Of a stretch of DNA of 64,000 nucleotides, positions 1-13,407 are shown one piece after another. Source of the DNA: the human T2T-CHM13v2.0 reference genome, Homo sapiens; the NCBI RefSeq assembly GCF_009914755.1, contig NC_060941.1; one strand, 5' to 3'. How positions within the stretch are numbered: the stretch's first letter is position 1; every line of letters begins with the position of its first letter. A model generated the notes under the pieces. It searched no databases. It saw nothing but the letters and a program-made list of their open reading frames with translations, and was not told the origin of the DNA. Both the position numbers and the translations under genes were made by a program.

Positions 1-2
1 TC

Positions 3-19
3 CTTCGTTCGAAACGGGT
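3..19 (+). promoter_or_regulatory. CENP-B box, intact core (CTTCGTTCGAAACGGGT); recurs in each HOR (e.g. 2718-2734)
   Basis: Matches the nine essential bases nTTCGnnnnAnnCGGGn. Confidence 0.85.
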
Positions 20-173
20 ATATCTTCACATGACATCTAGACAGAAGCATCCTCAGAAGCTTCTCTGTGATGACTGCATTCAACTCACGGAGTTGAACAC
101 TCCTTTTGAGAGCGCAGTTTTGAAACTCTCTTTCTGTGGCATCTGCAAGGGGACATGTAGACCTCTTTGAAGA

Positions 174-190
174 TTTCGTTGGAAACGGAA
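174..190 (+). promoter_or_regulatory. Degenerate CENP-B box (TTTCGTTGGAAACGGAA), the same in all copies inspected
   Basis: The CGGG core is changed to CGGA, so weak or no binding is predicted. Confidence 0.7.
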
Positions 191-686
191 TCATCTTCAC
201 ATAAAAACTAGACAGATGCATTCTCAGGAACTTTTTGGTGATGTTTGTATTCAACTCCCAGAGTTGAACTTTCCTTTGGAAAGAGCAGCTATGAAACACT
301 GTTTTTCTAGAATCTGCAAGTGGACGTTTGGAGGGCTTTGTGGTTTGTGGTGGAAAAGGAAATATCTTCACCTAAATACTAGATAGAAGCATTCTCAGAA
401 ACTGCTTTGTGATGATTGCATTCACCTCACAGAGTTGAACATTCCTATTGATAGAGCAGTTTGGAAACACTCTTGTTGTGGAATGTGCAAGTGGAGATTT
501 GGAGCGCTTTGAGGCCTATGGTAGTAAAGGGAATAGCTTCATAGAAAAACTAGACAGAAGCATTCTCAGAAAATACTTTGTGATGATTGAGTTTAACTCA
601 CAGAGCTGAACATTCCTTTGGATGGAGCAGGTTTGAGACACACTTTTTGTAGAATCTACAAGTGGATATTTGGACCTCTCTGAGGA

Positions 687-703
687 TTTCGTTGGAAACG
701 CGA
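687..703 (+). promoter_or_regulatory. CENP-B box position; mutated here (CGCG) but intact (CGGG) in most HOR copies
   Basis: TTTCGTTGGAAACGCGA at 687-703, against TTTCGTTGGAAACGGGA at 3402-3418. Confidence 0.85.
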
Positions 704-852
704 TAACTGCACCTAACTAAACGGAAGCATTCTCAGAAACTTCTTGGTGATGTTTGCATTCAAATCCCAGAGTTGAACCTTCCTTTGATAGTTCAGGTTT
801 GAAACACTCTTTTTGTAGGATCTGCAAGTGGATATTTGGACCACTCTGTGGC

Positions 853-869
853 CTTCGTTCGAAACGGGT
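853..869 (+). promoter_or_regulatory. CENP-B box, intact core (CTTCGTTCGAAACGGGT); recurs in each HOR
   Basis: Matches nTTCGnnnnAnnCGGGn. Confidence 0.85.
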
Positions 870-1023
870 ATATCTTCGCATAAAATCTAGACAGAAGCCT
901 TCTCAGAAACTTCTCTGTGATGATTGCATTCAACTCACAGAGTTGAACCCTCCTATGGATAGAGCAGTGTTGAAACTCTCTTTTTGTGGAATCTGCAAGT
1001 GGATATGTGGACCTCTCCGAAGA

Positions 1024-1040
1024 TGTCTTTGGAAACGGGA
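1024..1040 (+). promoter_or_regulatory. Dead CENP-B box (TGTCTTTGGAAACGGGA)
   Basis: The TTCG half is lost and the 3' half is retained. It sits at the box position of a B-type monomer. Confidence 0.65.
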
Positions 1041-1366
1041 ATATCTTCACATAAAAACTAAACAGAAGCATTCTCAGAAACTTCTCTGTGATGTTTGTGT
1101 TCAACTCCCAGAGTTTCACATTGCTTTTCATAGAGTAGTTCTGAAACATGCTTTTCGTAGTGTCTACAAGTGGACATTTGGAGCGCTTTCAGGCCTGTGG
1201 TGGAAAACGAATTATGGTCACATAAAAACTGGAGAAAAGCATTGTCAGAAACTTCTTTGTGATGATTGCATTCAACTCACAGGGTTGAAGGTTCCTTTTC
1301 AAAGAGCAGTTTCCAATCACTCTTTCTGTGGAATCTGCAAGTGGATATTTGGACCTATTTTGAAGA

Positions 1367-1383
1367 TTTCGTTGGAAACGGGA
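1367..1383 (+). promoter_or_regulatory. Canonical CENP-B box (TTTCGTTGGAAACGGGA); recurs in each HOR
   Basis: Exact match to YTTCGTTGGAARCGGGA. Confidence 0.9.
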
Positions 1384-1537
1384 GAATCTTCACAGGAAAG
1401 CTAAACAGAAGCATTCTCAGAAACTTCTTTGTGATGCTTGCATTCAACTCACAGAGTTGAACTTTCCTTTCGAGAGAGAAGCTTTGAAACACTCTTTTTC
1501 CAGAATCTGCAAGTGGACATTTGGAGGGCTTTGAGGC

Positions 1538-1554
1538 CTGTGGTGGAAAAGGAA
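1538..1554 (+). promoter_or_regulatory. pJalpha/A-box-type motif of A-type monomers (CTGTGGTGGAAAAGGAA); related copies at 345, 516, 1195, 1709, 2381
   Basis: Occupies the CENP-B-box-equivalent position in 6 of the 16 monomers, fitting the established A/B monomer dichotomy. Confidence 0.6.
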
Positions 1555-1879
1555 TTATCTTCCCGTAAAAGCTAGATAGAAGCATTCTCAGAAACTACTT
1601 TGTGATGATTGCATTCAAGTCACAGAGTTGAACATTCCCTTTGACAGAGCAGTTTGGAAACTCTCTTTGTGTAGAATCTGCAAGTGGAGATACGGACCGC
1701 TTTGAGGCCTATGGTAGTAAAGGAAATAGCTTCATATAAAAGCTAGACAGTAGCATTCACAGAAAACTCTTGGTGACGACTGAGTTTAACTCACAGAGCT
1801 GAACATTCCTTTGGATGGAGCAGTTTCGAAACACACTATTTGTAGAATGTGCAAGTGGATATTTAGGCCTCTCTGAGGA

Positions 1880-2231
1880 TTTCGTTGGAAACGGGATAAA
1901 CCGCACAGAACTAAACAGAAGCATTCTCAGAACCTTCTTCGTGATGTTTGCATTCAACTCACAGTGTTGAACCTTTCTTTGATAGTTCAGGTTTGAAACG
2001 GTCTTTCTGTAGAAACTGCAAGTAGATATTTGGACCTCTCTGAGGATTTCGTTGGAAACGGGATAACCCGCACAGAACTAAAACAGAAGCATTCTCAGAA
2101 CCCTCTTCGTGATGTTTGCATTCAACTCACAGTGCTGAACCTTTCTTTGATAGTTCAGCTTTGAAACACTCTTTTTGTAGAAACTGCAAGTGGATATTTG
2201 GTCCTCTCTGAGGATTTCGTTGGAAACGGGA
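1880..2231 (+). promoter_or_regulatory. Three canonical CENP-B boxes in consecutive monomers (1880-1896, 2047-2063, 2215-2231); recurs in each 16-mer
   Basis: TTTCGTTGGAAACGGGA three times at 167-168 bp spacing. Confidence 0.9.
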
Positions 2232-2425
2232 TAAACTGCACAGAACTAAACAGAAGCATTCTCAGAACCTTCTTCGTGATGTCTGCATTCAACTCACAGT
2301 GTGGAACCTTTCTTTGATAGTTCAGGTTTGAAACACTCTTTTTGTAGAAACTGCAAGGGGATCATTGCACTCTTTGAGGAGTACCGTAGTAAAGGAAATA
2401 ACTTCCTATAAAAAGAAGACAGAAG
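1922..2425 (+). repeat. Internal near-triplication of one monomer within the HOR
   Basis: Monomers at 1922, 2090 and 2257 share CATTCTCAGAACC(T/C)TCTTCGTGATGT..CACAGTG..GAACCTTTCTTTGATAGTTCAG. They are much more alike than other monomer pairs. Confidence 0.9.
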
Positions 2426-2549
2426 CTTTCTCAGAAAATTCTTTGGGATGATTGAGTTGAACTCACAGAGCTGAGCATTCCTTGCGATGTAGCAGTTTAG
2501 AAACACACTTTCTGCAGAATCTGCAAGTGCATATTTGGACCTCTGTGAG

Positions 2550-5263
2550 GAATTCGTTGGAAACGGGATAATTTCAGCTGACTAAACAGAAGCAGTCTCA
2601 GAATCTTCTTTGTGATGTTTGCATTCAAATCCCCGAGTTGAACTTTCCTTTCAAAGTTCACGTTTGAAACACTCTTTTTGCAGGATCTACAAGTGGATAT
2701 TTGGACCACTCTGTGTCCTTCGTTCGAAACGGGTATATCTTCACATGACATCTAGACAGAAGCATCCTCAGAAGCTTCTCTGTGATGACTGCATTCAACT
2801 CACGGAGTTGAACACTCCTTTTGAGAGCGCAGTTTTGAAACTCTCTTTCTGTGGCATCTGCAAGGGGACATGTAGACCTCTTTGAAGATTTCGTTGGAAA
2901 CGGAATCATCTTCACATAAAAACTAGACAGATGCATTCTCAGGAACTTTTTGGTGATGTTTGTATTCAACTCCCAGAGTTGAACTTTCCTTTGGAAAGAG
3001 CAGCTATGAAACACTGTTTTTCTAGAATCTGCAAGTGGACGTTTGGAGGGCTTTGTGGTTTGTGGTGGAAAAGGAAATATCTTCACCTAAATACTAGATA
3101 GAAGCATTCTCAGAAACTGCTTTGTGATGATTGCATTCACCTCACAGAGTTGAACATTCCTATTGATAGAGCAGTTTGGAAACACTCTTGTTGTGGAATG
3201 TGCAAGTGGAGATTTGGAGCGCTTTGAGGCCTATGGTAGTAAAGGGAATAGCTTCATAGAAAAACTAGACAGAAGCATTCTCAGAAAATACTTTGTGATG
3301 ATTGAGTTTAACTCACAGAGCTGAACATTCCTTTGGATGGAGCAGGTTTGAGACACACTTTTTGTAGAATCTACAAGTGGATATTTGGACCTCTCTGAGG
3401 ATTTCGTTGGAAACGGGATAACTGCACCTAACTAAACGGAAGCATTCTCAGAAACTTCTTGGTGATGTTTGCATTCAAATCCCAGAGTTGAACCTTCCTT
3501 TGATAGTTCAGGTTTGAAACACTCTTTTTGTAGGATCTGCAAGTGGATATTTGGACCACTCTGTGGCCTTCGTTCGAAACGGGTATATCTTCGCATAAAA
3601 TCTAGACAGAAGCCTTCTCAGAAACTTCTCTGTGATGATTGCATTCAACTCACAGAGTTGAACCCTCCTATGGATAGAGCAGTGTTGAAACTCTCTTTTT
3701 GTGGAATCTGCAAGTGGATATGTGGACCTCTCCGAAGATGTCTTTGGAAACGGGAATATCTTCACATAAAAACTAAACAGAAGCATTCTCAGAAACTTCT
3801 CTGTGATGTTTGTGTTCAACTCCCAGAGTTTCACATTGCTTTTCATAGAGTAGTTCTGAAACATGCTTTTCGTAGTGTCTACAAGTGGACATTTGGAGCG
3901 CTTTCAGGCCTGTGGTGGAAAACGAATTATGGTCACATAAAAACTGGAGAGAAGCATTGTCAGAAACTTCTTTGTGATGATTGCATTCAACTCACAGGGT
4001 TGAAGGTTCCTTTTCAAAGAGCAGTTTCCAATCACTCTTTCTGTGGAATCTGCAAGTGGATATTTGGACCTATTTTGAAGATTTCGTTGGAAACGGGAGA
4101 ATCTTCACAGGAAAGTTAACAGAAGCATTCTCAGAAACTTCTTTGTGATGCTTGCATTCAACTCACAGAGTTGAACTTTCCTTTCGAGAGAGAAGCTTTG
4201 AAACACTCTTTTTCCAGAATCTGCAAGTGGACATTTGGAGGGCTTTGAGGCCTGTGGTGGAAAAGGAATTATCTTCCCGTAAAAGCTAGATAGAAGCATT
4301 CTCAGAAACTACTTTGTGATGATTGCATTCAAGTCACAGAGTTGAACATTCCCTTTGACAGAGCAGTTTGGAAACTCTCTTTGTGTAGAATCTGCAAGTG
4401 GAGATACGGACCGCTTTGAGGCCTATGGTAGTAAAGGAAATAGCTTCATATAAAAGCTAGACAGTAGCATTCACAGAAAACTCTTGGTGACGACTGAGTT
4501 TAACTCACAGAGCTGAACATTCCTTTGGATGGAGCAGTTTCGAAACACACTATTTGTAGAATGTGCAAGTGGATATTTGGGCCTCTCTGAGGATTTCGTT
4601 GGAAACGGGATAAACCGCACAGAACTAAACAGAAGCATTCTCAGAACCTTCTTCGTGATGTTTGCATTCAACTCACAGTGTTGAACCTTTCTTTGATAGT
4701 TCAGGTTTGAAACGGTCTTTCTGTAGAAACTGCAAGTAGATATTTGGACCTCTCTGAGGATTTCGTTGGAAACGGGATAACCCGCACAGAACTAAAACAG
4801 AAGCATTCTCAGAACCCTCTTCGTGATGTTTGCATTCAACTCACAGTGCTGAACCTTTCTTTGATAGTTCAGCTTTGAAACACTCTTTTTGTAGAAACTG
4901 CAAGTGGATATTTGGTCCTCTCTGAGGATTTCGTTGGAAACGGGATAAACTGCACAGAACTAAACAGAAGCATTCTCAGAACCTTCTTCGTGATGTCTGC
5001 ATTCAACTCACAGTGTGGAACCTTTCTTTGATAGTTCAGGTTTGAAACACTCTTTTTGTAGAAACTGCAAGGGGATCATTGCACTCTTTGAGGAGTACCG
5101 TAGTAAAGGAAATAACTTCCTATAAAAAGAAGACAGAAGCTTTCTCAGAAAATTCTTTGGGATGATTGAGTTGAACTCACAGAGCTGAGCATTCCTTGCG
5201 ATGTAGCAGTTTAGAAACACACTTTCTGCAGAATCTGCAAGTGCATATTTGGACCTCTGTGAG
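2550..5263 (+). repeat. 2,714-bp HOR variant (1-bp deletion near 4116-4119)
   Basis: GAAAGTTAACAG at 4111-4122 replaces GAAAGCTAAACAG. EcoRI spacing is 2714. Confidence 0.9.
2552..2568 (+). promoter_or_regulatory. CENP-B box overlapping the unit-defining EcoRI site (GAATTC 2550-2555)
   Basis: ATTCGTTGGAAACGGGA, with the essential core intact. Confidence 0.85.
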
Positions 5264-8200
5264 GAATTCGTTGGAAACGGGATAATTTCAGCTGACTAAA
5301 CAGAAGCAGTCTCAGAATCTTCTTTGTGATGTTTGCATTCAAATCCCCGAGTTGAACTTTCCTTTCAAAGTTCACGTTTGAAACACTCTTTTTGCAGGAT
5401 CTACAAGTGGATATTTGGACCACTCTGTGTCCTTCGTTCGAAACGGGTATATCTTCACATGACATCTAGACAGAAGCATCCTCAGAATCTTCTCTGTGAT
5501 GACTGCATTCAACTCACGGAGTTGAACACTCCTTTTGAGAGCGCAGTTTTGAAACTCTCTTTCTGTGGCATCTGCAAGGGGACATGTAGACCTCTTTGAA
5601 GATTTCGTTGGAAACGGAATCATCTTCACATAAAAACTAGACAGATGCATTCTCAGGAACTTTTTGGTGATGTTTGTATTCAACTCCCAGAGTTGAACTT
5701 TCCTTTGGAAAGAGCAGCTATGAAACACTGTTTTTCTAGAATCTGCAAGTGGACGTTTGGAGGGCTTTGTGGTTTGTGGTGGAAAAGGAAATATCTTCAC
5801 CTAAATACTAGATAGAAGCATTCTCAGAAACTGCTTTGTGATGATTGCATTCACCTCACAGAGTTGAACATTCCTATTGATAGAGCAGTTTGGAAACACT
5901 CTTGTTGTGGAATGTGCAAGTGGAGATTTGGAGCGCTTTGAGGCCTATGGTAGTAAAGGGAATAGCTTCATAGAAAAACTAGACAGAAGCATTCTCAGAA
6001 AATACTTTGTGATGATTGAGTTTAACTCACAGAGCTGAACATTCCTTTGGATGGAGCAGGTTTGAGACACACCTTTTGTAGAATCTACAAGTGGATATTT
6101 GGACCTCTCTGAGGATTTCGTTGGAAACGGGATAACTGCACCTAACTAAACGGAAGCATTCTCAGAAACTTCTTGGTGATGTTTGCATTCAAATCCCAGA
6201 GTTGAACCTTCCTTTGATAGTTCAGGTTTGAAACACTCTTTTTGTAGGATCTGCAAGTGGATATTTGGACCACTCTGTGGCCTTCGTTCGAAACGGGTAT
6301 ATCTTCGCATAAAATCTAGACAGAAGCCTTCTCAGAAACTTCTCTGTGATGATTGCATTCAACTCACAGAGTTGAACCCTCCTATGGATAGAGCAGTGTT
6401 GAAACTCTCTTTTTGTGGAATCTGCAAGTGGATATGTGGACCTCTCCGAAGATGTCTTTGGAAACGGGAATATCTTCACATAAAAACTAAACAGAAGCAT
6501 TCTCAGAAACTTCTCTGTGATGTTTGTGTTCAACTCCCAGAGTTTCACATTGCTTTTCATAGAGTAGTTCTGAAACATGCTTTTCGTAGTGTCTACAAGT
6601 GGACATTTGGAGCGCTTTCAGGCCTGTGGTGGAAAACGAATTATGGTCACATAAAAACTGGAGAGAAGCATTGTCAGAAACTTCTTTGTGATGATTGCAT
6701 TCAACTCACAGAGTTGAAGGTTCCTTTTCAAAGAGCAGTTTCCAATCACTCTTTCTGTGGAATCTGCAAGTGGATATTTGGACCTATTTTGAAGATTTCG
6801 TTGGAAACGGGAGAATCTTCACAGGAAAGCTAAACAGAAGCATTCTCAGAAACTTCTTTGTGATGCTTGCATTCAACTCACAGAGTTGAACTTTCCTTTC
6901 GAGAGAGAAGCTTTGAAACACTCTTTTTCCAGAATCTGCAAGTGGACATTTGGAGGGCTTTGAGGCCTGTGGTGGAAAAGGAATTATCTTCCCGTAAAAG
7001 CTAGATAGAAGCATTCTCAGAAACTACTTTGTGATGATTGCATTCAAGTCACAGAGTTGAACATTCCCTTTGACAGAGCAGTTTGGAAACTCTCTTTGTG
7101 TAGAATCTGCAAGTGGAGATACGGACCGCTTTGAGGCCTATGGTAGTAAAGGAAATAGCTTCATATAAAAGCTAGACAGTAGCATTCACAGAAAACTCTT
7201 GGTGACGACTGAGTTTAACTCACAGAGCTGAACATTCCTTTGGATGGAGCAGTTTCGAAACACACTATTTGTAGAATGTGCAAGTGGATATTTAGGCCTC
7301 TCTGAGGATTTCGTTGGAAACGGGATAAACCGCACAGAACTAAACAGAAGCATTCTCAGAACCTTCTTCGTGATGTTTGCATTCAACTCACAGTGTTGAA
7401 CCTTTCTTTGATAGTTCAGGTTTGAAACGGTCTTTCTGTAGAAACTGCAAGTAGATATTTGGACCTCTCTGAGGATTTCGTTGGAAACGGGATAACCCGC
7501 ACAGAACTAAAACAGAAGCATTCTCAGAACCCTCTTCGTGATGTTTGCATTCAACTCACAGTGCTGAACCTTTCTTTGATAGTTCAGCTTTGAAACACTC
7601 TTTTTGTAGAAACTGCAAGTGGATATTTGGTCCTCTCTGAGCATTTCGTTGGAAACGGGATAAACTGCACAGAACTAAACAGAAGCATTCTCAGAACCTT
7701 CTTCGTGATGTCCGCATTCAACTCACAGTGTGGAACCTTTCTTTGATAGTTCAGGTTTGAAACACTCTTTTTGTAGAAACTGCAAGGGGATCATTGCACT
7801 CTTTGAGGAGTACCGTAGTAAAGGAAATAACTTCCTATAAAAAGAAGACAGAAGCTTTCTCAGAAAATTCTTTGGGATGATTGAGTTGAACTCACAGAGC
7901 TGAGCATTCCTTGCGATGTAGCAGTTTAGAAACACACTTTCTGCAGAATCTGCAAGTGCATATTTGGACCTCTGTGAGGAATTCGTTGGAAACGGGATAA
8001 TTTCAGCTGACTAAACAGAAGCAGTCTCAGAATCTTCTTTGTGATGTTTGCATTCAAATCCCCGAGTTGAACTTTCCTTTCAAAGTTCACGTTTGAAACA
8101 CTCTTTTTGCAGGATCTACAAGTGGATATTTGGACCACTCTGTGTCCTTCGTTCGAAACGGGTATATCTTCACATGACATCTAGACAGAAGCATCCTCAG

Positions 8201-10693
8201 AAGCTTCTCTGTGATGACTGCATTCAACTCACGGAGTTGAACACTCCTTTTGAGAGCGCAGTTTTGAAACTCTCTTTCTGTGGCATCTGCAAGGGGACAT
8301 GTAGACCTCTTTGAAGATTTCGTTGGAAACGGAATCATCTTCACATAAAAACTATACAGATGCATTCTCAGGAACTTTTTGGTGATGTTTGTATTCAACT
8401 CCCAGAGTTGAACTTTCCTTTGGAAAGAGCAGCTATGAAACACTGTTTTTCTAGAATCTGCAAGTGGACGTTTGGAGGGCTTTGTGGTTTGTGGTGGAAA
8501 AGGAAATATCTTCACCTAAATACTAGATAGAAGCATTCTCAGAAACTGCTTTGTGATGATTGCATTCACCTCACAGAGTTGAACATTCCTATTGATAGAG
8601 CAGTTTGGAAACACTCTTGTTGTGGAATGTGCAAGTGGAGATTTGGAGCGCTTTGAGGCCTATGGTAGTAAAGGGAATAGCTTCATAGAAAAACTAGACA
8701 GAAGCATTCTCAGAAAATACTTTGTGATGATTGAGTTTAACTCACAGAGCTGAACATTCCTTTGGATGGAGCAGGTTTGAGACACACTTTTTGTAGAATC
8801 TACAAGTGGATATTTGGACCTCTCTGAGGATTTCGTTGGAAACGCGATAACTGCACCTAACTAAACGGAAGCATTCTCAGAAACTTCTTGGTGATGTTTG
8901 CATTCAAATCCCAGAGTTGAACCTTCCTTTGATAGTTCAGGTTTGAAACACTCTTTTTGTAGGATCTGCAAGTGGATATTTGGACCACTCTGTGGCCTTC
9001 GTTCGAAACGGGTATATCTTCGCATAAAATCTAGACAGAAGCCTTCTCAGAAACTTCTCTGTGATGATTGCATTCAACTCACAGAGTTGAACCCTCCTAT
9101 GGATAGAGCAGTGTTGAAACTCTCTTTTTGTGGAATCTGCAAGTGGATATGTGGACCTCTCCGAAGATGTCTTTGGAAACGGGAATATCTTCACATAAAA
9201 ACTAAACAGAAGCATTCTCAGAAACTTCTCTGTGATGTTTGTGTTCAACTCCCAGAGTTTCACATTGCTTTTCATAGAGTAGTTCTGAAACATGCTTTTC
9301 GTAGTGTCTACAAGTGGACATTTGGAGCGCTTTCAGGCCTGTGGTGGAAAACGAATTATGGTCACATAAAAACTGGAGAAAAGCATTGTCAGAAACTTCT
9401 TTGTGATGATTGCATTCAACTCACAGGGTTGAAGGTTCCTTTTCAAAGAGCAGTTTCCAATCACTCTTTCTGTGGAATCTGCAAGTGGATATTTGGACCT
9501 ATTTTGAAGATTTCGTTGGAAACGGGAGAATCTTCACAGGAAAGCTAAACAGAAGCATTCTCAGAAACTTCTTTGTGATGCTTGCATTCAACTCACAGAG
9601 TTGAACTTTCCTTTCGAGAGAGAAGCTTTGAAACACTCTTTTTCCAGAATCTGCAAGTGGACATTTGGAGGGCTTTGAGGCCTGTGGTGGAAAAGGAATT
9701 ATCTTCCCGTAAAAGCTAGATAGAAGCATTCTCAGAAACTACTTTGTGATGATTGCATTCAAGTCACAGAGTTGAACATTCCCTTTGACAGAGCAGTTTG
9801 GAAACTCTCTTTGTGTAGAATCTGCAAGTGGAGATACGGACCGCTTTGAGGCCTATGGTAGTAAAGGAAATAGCTTCATATAAAAGCTAGACAGTAGCAT
9901 TCACAGAAAACTCTTGGTGACGACTGAGTTTAACTCACAGAGCTGAACATTCCTTTGGATGGAGCAGTTTCGAAACACACTATTTGTAGAATGTGCAAGT
10001 GGATATTTAGGCCTCTCTGAGGATTTCGTTGGAAACGGGATAAACCGCACAGAACTAAACAGAAGCATTCTCAGAACCTTCTTCGTGATGTTTGCATTCA
10101 ACTCACAGTGTTGAACCTTTCTTTGATAGTTCAGGTTTGAAACGGTCTTTCTGTAGAAACTGCAAGTAGATATTTGGACCTCTCTGAGGATTTCGTTGGA
10201 AACGGGATAACCCGCACAGAACTAAAACAGAAGCATTCTCAGAACCCTCTTCGTGATGTTTGCATTCAACTCACAGTGCTGAACCTTTCTTTGATAGTTC
10301 AGCTTTGAAACACTCTTTTTGTAGAAACTGCAAGTGGATATTTGGTCCTCTCTGAGGATTTCGTTGGAAACGGGATAAACTGCACAGAACTAAACAGAAG
10401 CATTCTCAGAACCTTCTTCGTGATGTCTGCATTCAACTCACAGTGTGGAACCTTTCTTTGATAGTTCAGGTTTGAAACACTCTTTTTGTAGAAACTGCAA
10501 GGGGATCATTGCACTCTTTGAGGAGTACCGTAGTAAAGGAAATAACTTCCTATAAAAAGAAGACAGAAGCTTTCTCAGAAAATTCTTTGGGATGATTGAG
10601 TTGAACTCACAGAGCTGAGCATTCCTTGCGATGTAGCAGTTTAGAAACACACTTTCTGCAGAATCTGCAAGTGCATATTTGGACCTCTGTGAG

Positions 10694-13407
10694 GAATTCG
10701 TTGGAAACGGGATAATTTCAGCTGACTAAACAGAAGCAGTCTCAGAATCTTCTTTGTGATGTTTGCATTCAAATCCCCGAGTTGAACTTTCCTTTCAAAG
10801 TTCACGTTTGAAACACTCTTTTTGCAGGATCTACAAGTGGATATTTGGACCACTCTGTGTCCTTCGTTCGAAACGGGTATATCTTCACATGACATCTAGA
10901 CAGAAGCATCCTCAGAAGCTTCTCTGTGATGACTGCATTCAACTCACGGAGTTGAACACTCCTTTTGAGAGCGCAGTTTTGAAACTCTCTTTCTGTGGCA
11001 TCTGCAAGGGGACATGTAGACCTCTTTGAAGATTTCGTTGGAAACGGAATCATCTTCACATAAAAACTAGACAGATGCATTCTCAGGAACTTTTTGGTGA
11101 TGTTTGTATTCAACTCCCAGAGTTGAACTTTCCTTTGGAAAGAGCAGCTATGAAACACTGTTTTTCTAGAATCTGCAAGTGGACGTTTGGAGGGCTTTGT
11201 GGTTTGTGGTGGAAAAGGAAATATCTTCACCTAAATACTAGATAGAAGCATTCTCAGAAACTGCTTTGTGATGATTGCATTCACCTCACAGAGTTGAACA
11301 TTCCTATTGATAGAGCAGTTTGGAAACACTCTTGTTGTGGAATGTGCAAGTGGAGATTTGGAGCGCTTTGAGGCCTATGGTAGTAAAGGGAATAGCTTCA
11401 TAGAAAAACTAGACAGAAGCATTCTCAGAAAATACTTTGTGATGATTGAGTTTAACTCACAGAGCTGAACATTCCTTTGGATGGAGCAGGTTTGAGACAC
11501 ACTTTTTGTAGAATCTACAAGTGGATATTTGGACCTCTCTGAGGATTTCGTTGGAAACGGGATAACTGCACCTAACTAAACGGAAGCATTCTCAGAAACT
11601 TCTTGGTGATGTTTGCATTCAAATCCCAGAGTTGAACCTTCCTTTGATAGTTCAGGTTTGAAACACTCTTTTTGTAGGATCTGCAAGTGGATATTTGGAC
11701 CACTCTGTGGCCTTCGTTCGAAACGGGTATATCTTCGCATAAAATCTAGACAGAAGCCTTCTCAGAAACTTCTCTGTGATGATTGCATTCAACTCACAGA
11801 GTTGAACCCTCCTATGGATAGAGCAGTGTTGAAACTCTCTTTTTGTGGAATCTGCAAGTGGATATGTGGACCTCTCCGAAGATGTCTTTGGAAACGGGAA
11901 TATCTTCACATAAAAACTAAACAGAAGCATTCTCAGAAACTTCTCTGTGATGTTTGTGTTCAACTCCCAGAGTTTCACATTGCTTTTCATAGAGTAGTTC
12001 TGAAACATGCTTTTCGTAGTGTCTACAAGTGGACATTTGGAGCGCTTTCAGGCCTGTGGTGGAAAACGAATTATGGTCACATAAAAACTGGAGAGAAGCA
12101 TTGTCAGAAACTTCTTTGTGATGATTGCATTCAACTCACAGGGTTGAAGGTTCCTTTTCAAAGAGCAGTTTCCAATCACTCTTTCTGTGGAATCTGCAAG
12201 TGGATATTTGGACCTATTTTGAAGATTTCGTTGGAAACGGGAGAATCTTCACAGGAAAGTTAACAGAAGCATTCTCAGAAACTTCTTTGTGATGCTTGCA
12301 TTCAACTCACAGAGTTGAACTTTCCTTTCGAGAGAGAAGCTTTGAAACACTCTTTTTCCAGAATCTGCAAGTGGACATTTGGAGGGCTTTGAGGCCTGTG
12401 GTGGAAAAGGAATTATCTTCCCGTAAAAGCTAGATAGAAGCATTCTCAGAAACTACTTTGTGATGATTGCATTCAAGTCACAGAGTTGAACATTCCCTTT
12501 GACAGAGCAGTTTGGAAACTCTCTTTGTGTAGAATCTGCAAGTGGAGATACGGACCGCTTTGAGGCCTATGGTAGTAAAGGAAATAGCTTCATATAAAAG
12601 CTAGACAGTAGCATTCACAGAAAACTCTTGGTGACGACTGAGTTTAACTCACAGAGCTGAACATTCCTTTGGATGGAGCAGTTTCGAAACACACTATTTG
12701 TAGAATGTGCAAGTGGATATTTGGGCCTCTCTGAGGATTTCGTTGGAAACGGGATAAACCGCACAGAACTAAACAGAAGCATTCTCAGAACCTTCTTCGT
12801 GATGTTTGCATTCAACTCACAGTGTTGAACCTTTCTTTGATAGTTCAGGTTTGAAACGGTCTTTCTGTAGAAACTGCAAGTAGATATTTGGACCTCTCTG
12901 AGGATTTCGTTGGAAACGGGATAACCCGCACAGAACTAAAACAGAAGCATTCTCAGAACCCTCTTCGTGATGTTTGCATTCAACTCACAGTGCTGAACCT
13001 TTCTTTGATAGTTCAGCTTTGAAACACTCTTTTTGTAGAAACTGCAAGTGGATATTTGGTCCTCTCTGAGGATTTCGTTGGAAACGGGATAAACTGCACA
13101 GAACTAAACAGAAGCATTCTCAGAACCTTCTTCGTGATGTCTGCATTCAACTCACAGTGTGGAACCTTTCTTTGATAGTTCAGGTTTGAAACACTCTTTT
13201 TGTAGAAACTGCAAGGGGATCATTGCACTCTTTGAGGAGTACCGTAGTAAAGGAAATAACTTCCTATAAAAAGAAGACAGAAGCTTTCTCAGAAAATTCT
13301 TTGGGATGATTGAGTTGAACTCACAGAGCTGAGCATTCCTTGCGATGTAGCAGTTTAGAAACACACTTTCTGCAGAATCTGCAAGTGCATATTTGGACCT
13401 CTGTGAG
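10694..13407 (+). repeat. Second 2,714-bp HOR variant (same 1-bp deletion near 12260)
   Basis: GAAAGTTAACAG at 12255-12266. EcoRI spacing is 2714. Confidence 0.9.

Larger units (their letters stand above)
48..2762 (+). repeat. One complete 16-monomer HOR unit (2,715 bp), used as reference
   Basis: Monomer starts anchored on the CATTCTCAG-like motif: 48, 219, 390, 561, 728, 898, 1069, 1240, 1412, 1583, 1754, 1922, 2090, 2257, 2426, 2593, with the next unit at 2763. Lengths are 171,171,171,167,170,171,171,172,171,171,168,168,167,169,167,170, summing to 2715. Order by similarity is A B C D E A B A B C D X X X' D E, derived from a pentamer. Confidence 0.93.

Noticed and set aside
754-1404. 216-aa ORF repeated in nearly every HOR, plus the other 64-175 aa ORFs on both strands
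   Set aside because: These are translations of alphoid monomers with a ~57-aa internal periodicity (171/3). Many start at non-ATG codons and overlap on both strands. The 216-aa frame is broken by stop codons in some copies (19834, 47251). There is no evidence of coding function.
754-1404. Recurrent CxxC-like motifs (CRIC, CDDC, CGIC) suggesting a zinc-finger protein
   Set aside because: They derive from TGT/TGC in the satellite consensus, and lack the spacing, histidines and linkers of real zinc fingers.
1823-1832. Short perfect palindromes (GTTTCGAAAC 1823-1832, TTCTGCAGAA 2510-2519, AGAAGCTTCT 55-64) as terminators or cruciforms
   Set aside because: They are only 10 bp, and dyads are a general known property of alpha satellite. 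There is no transcription-unit context.
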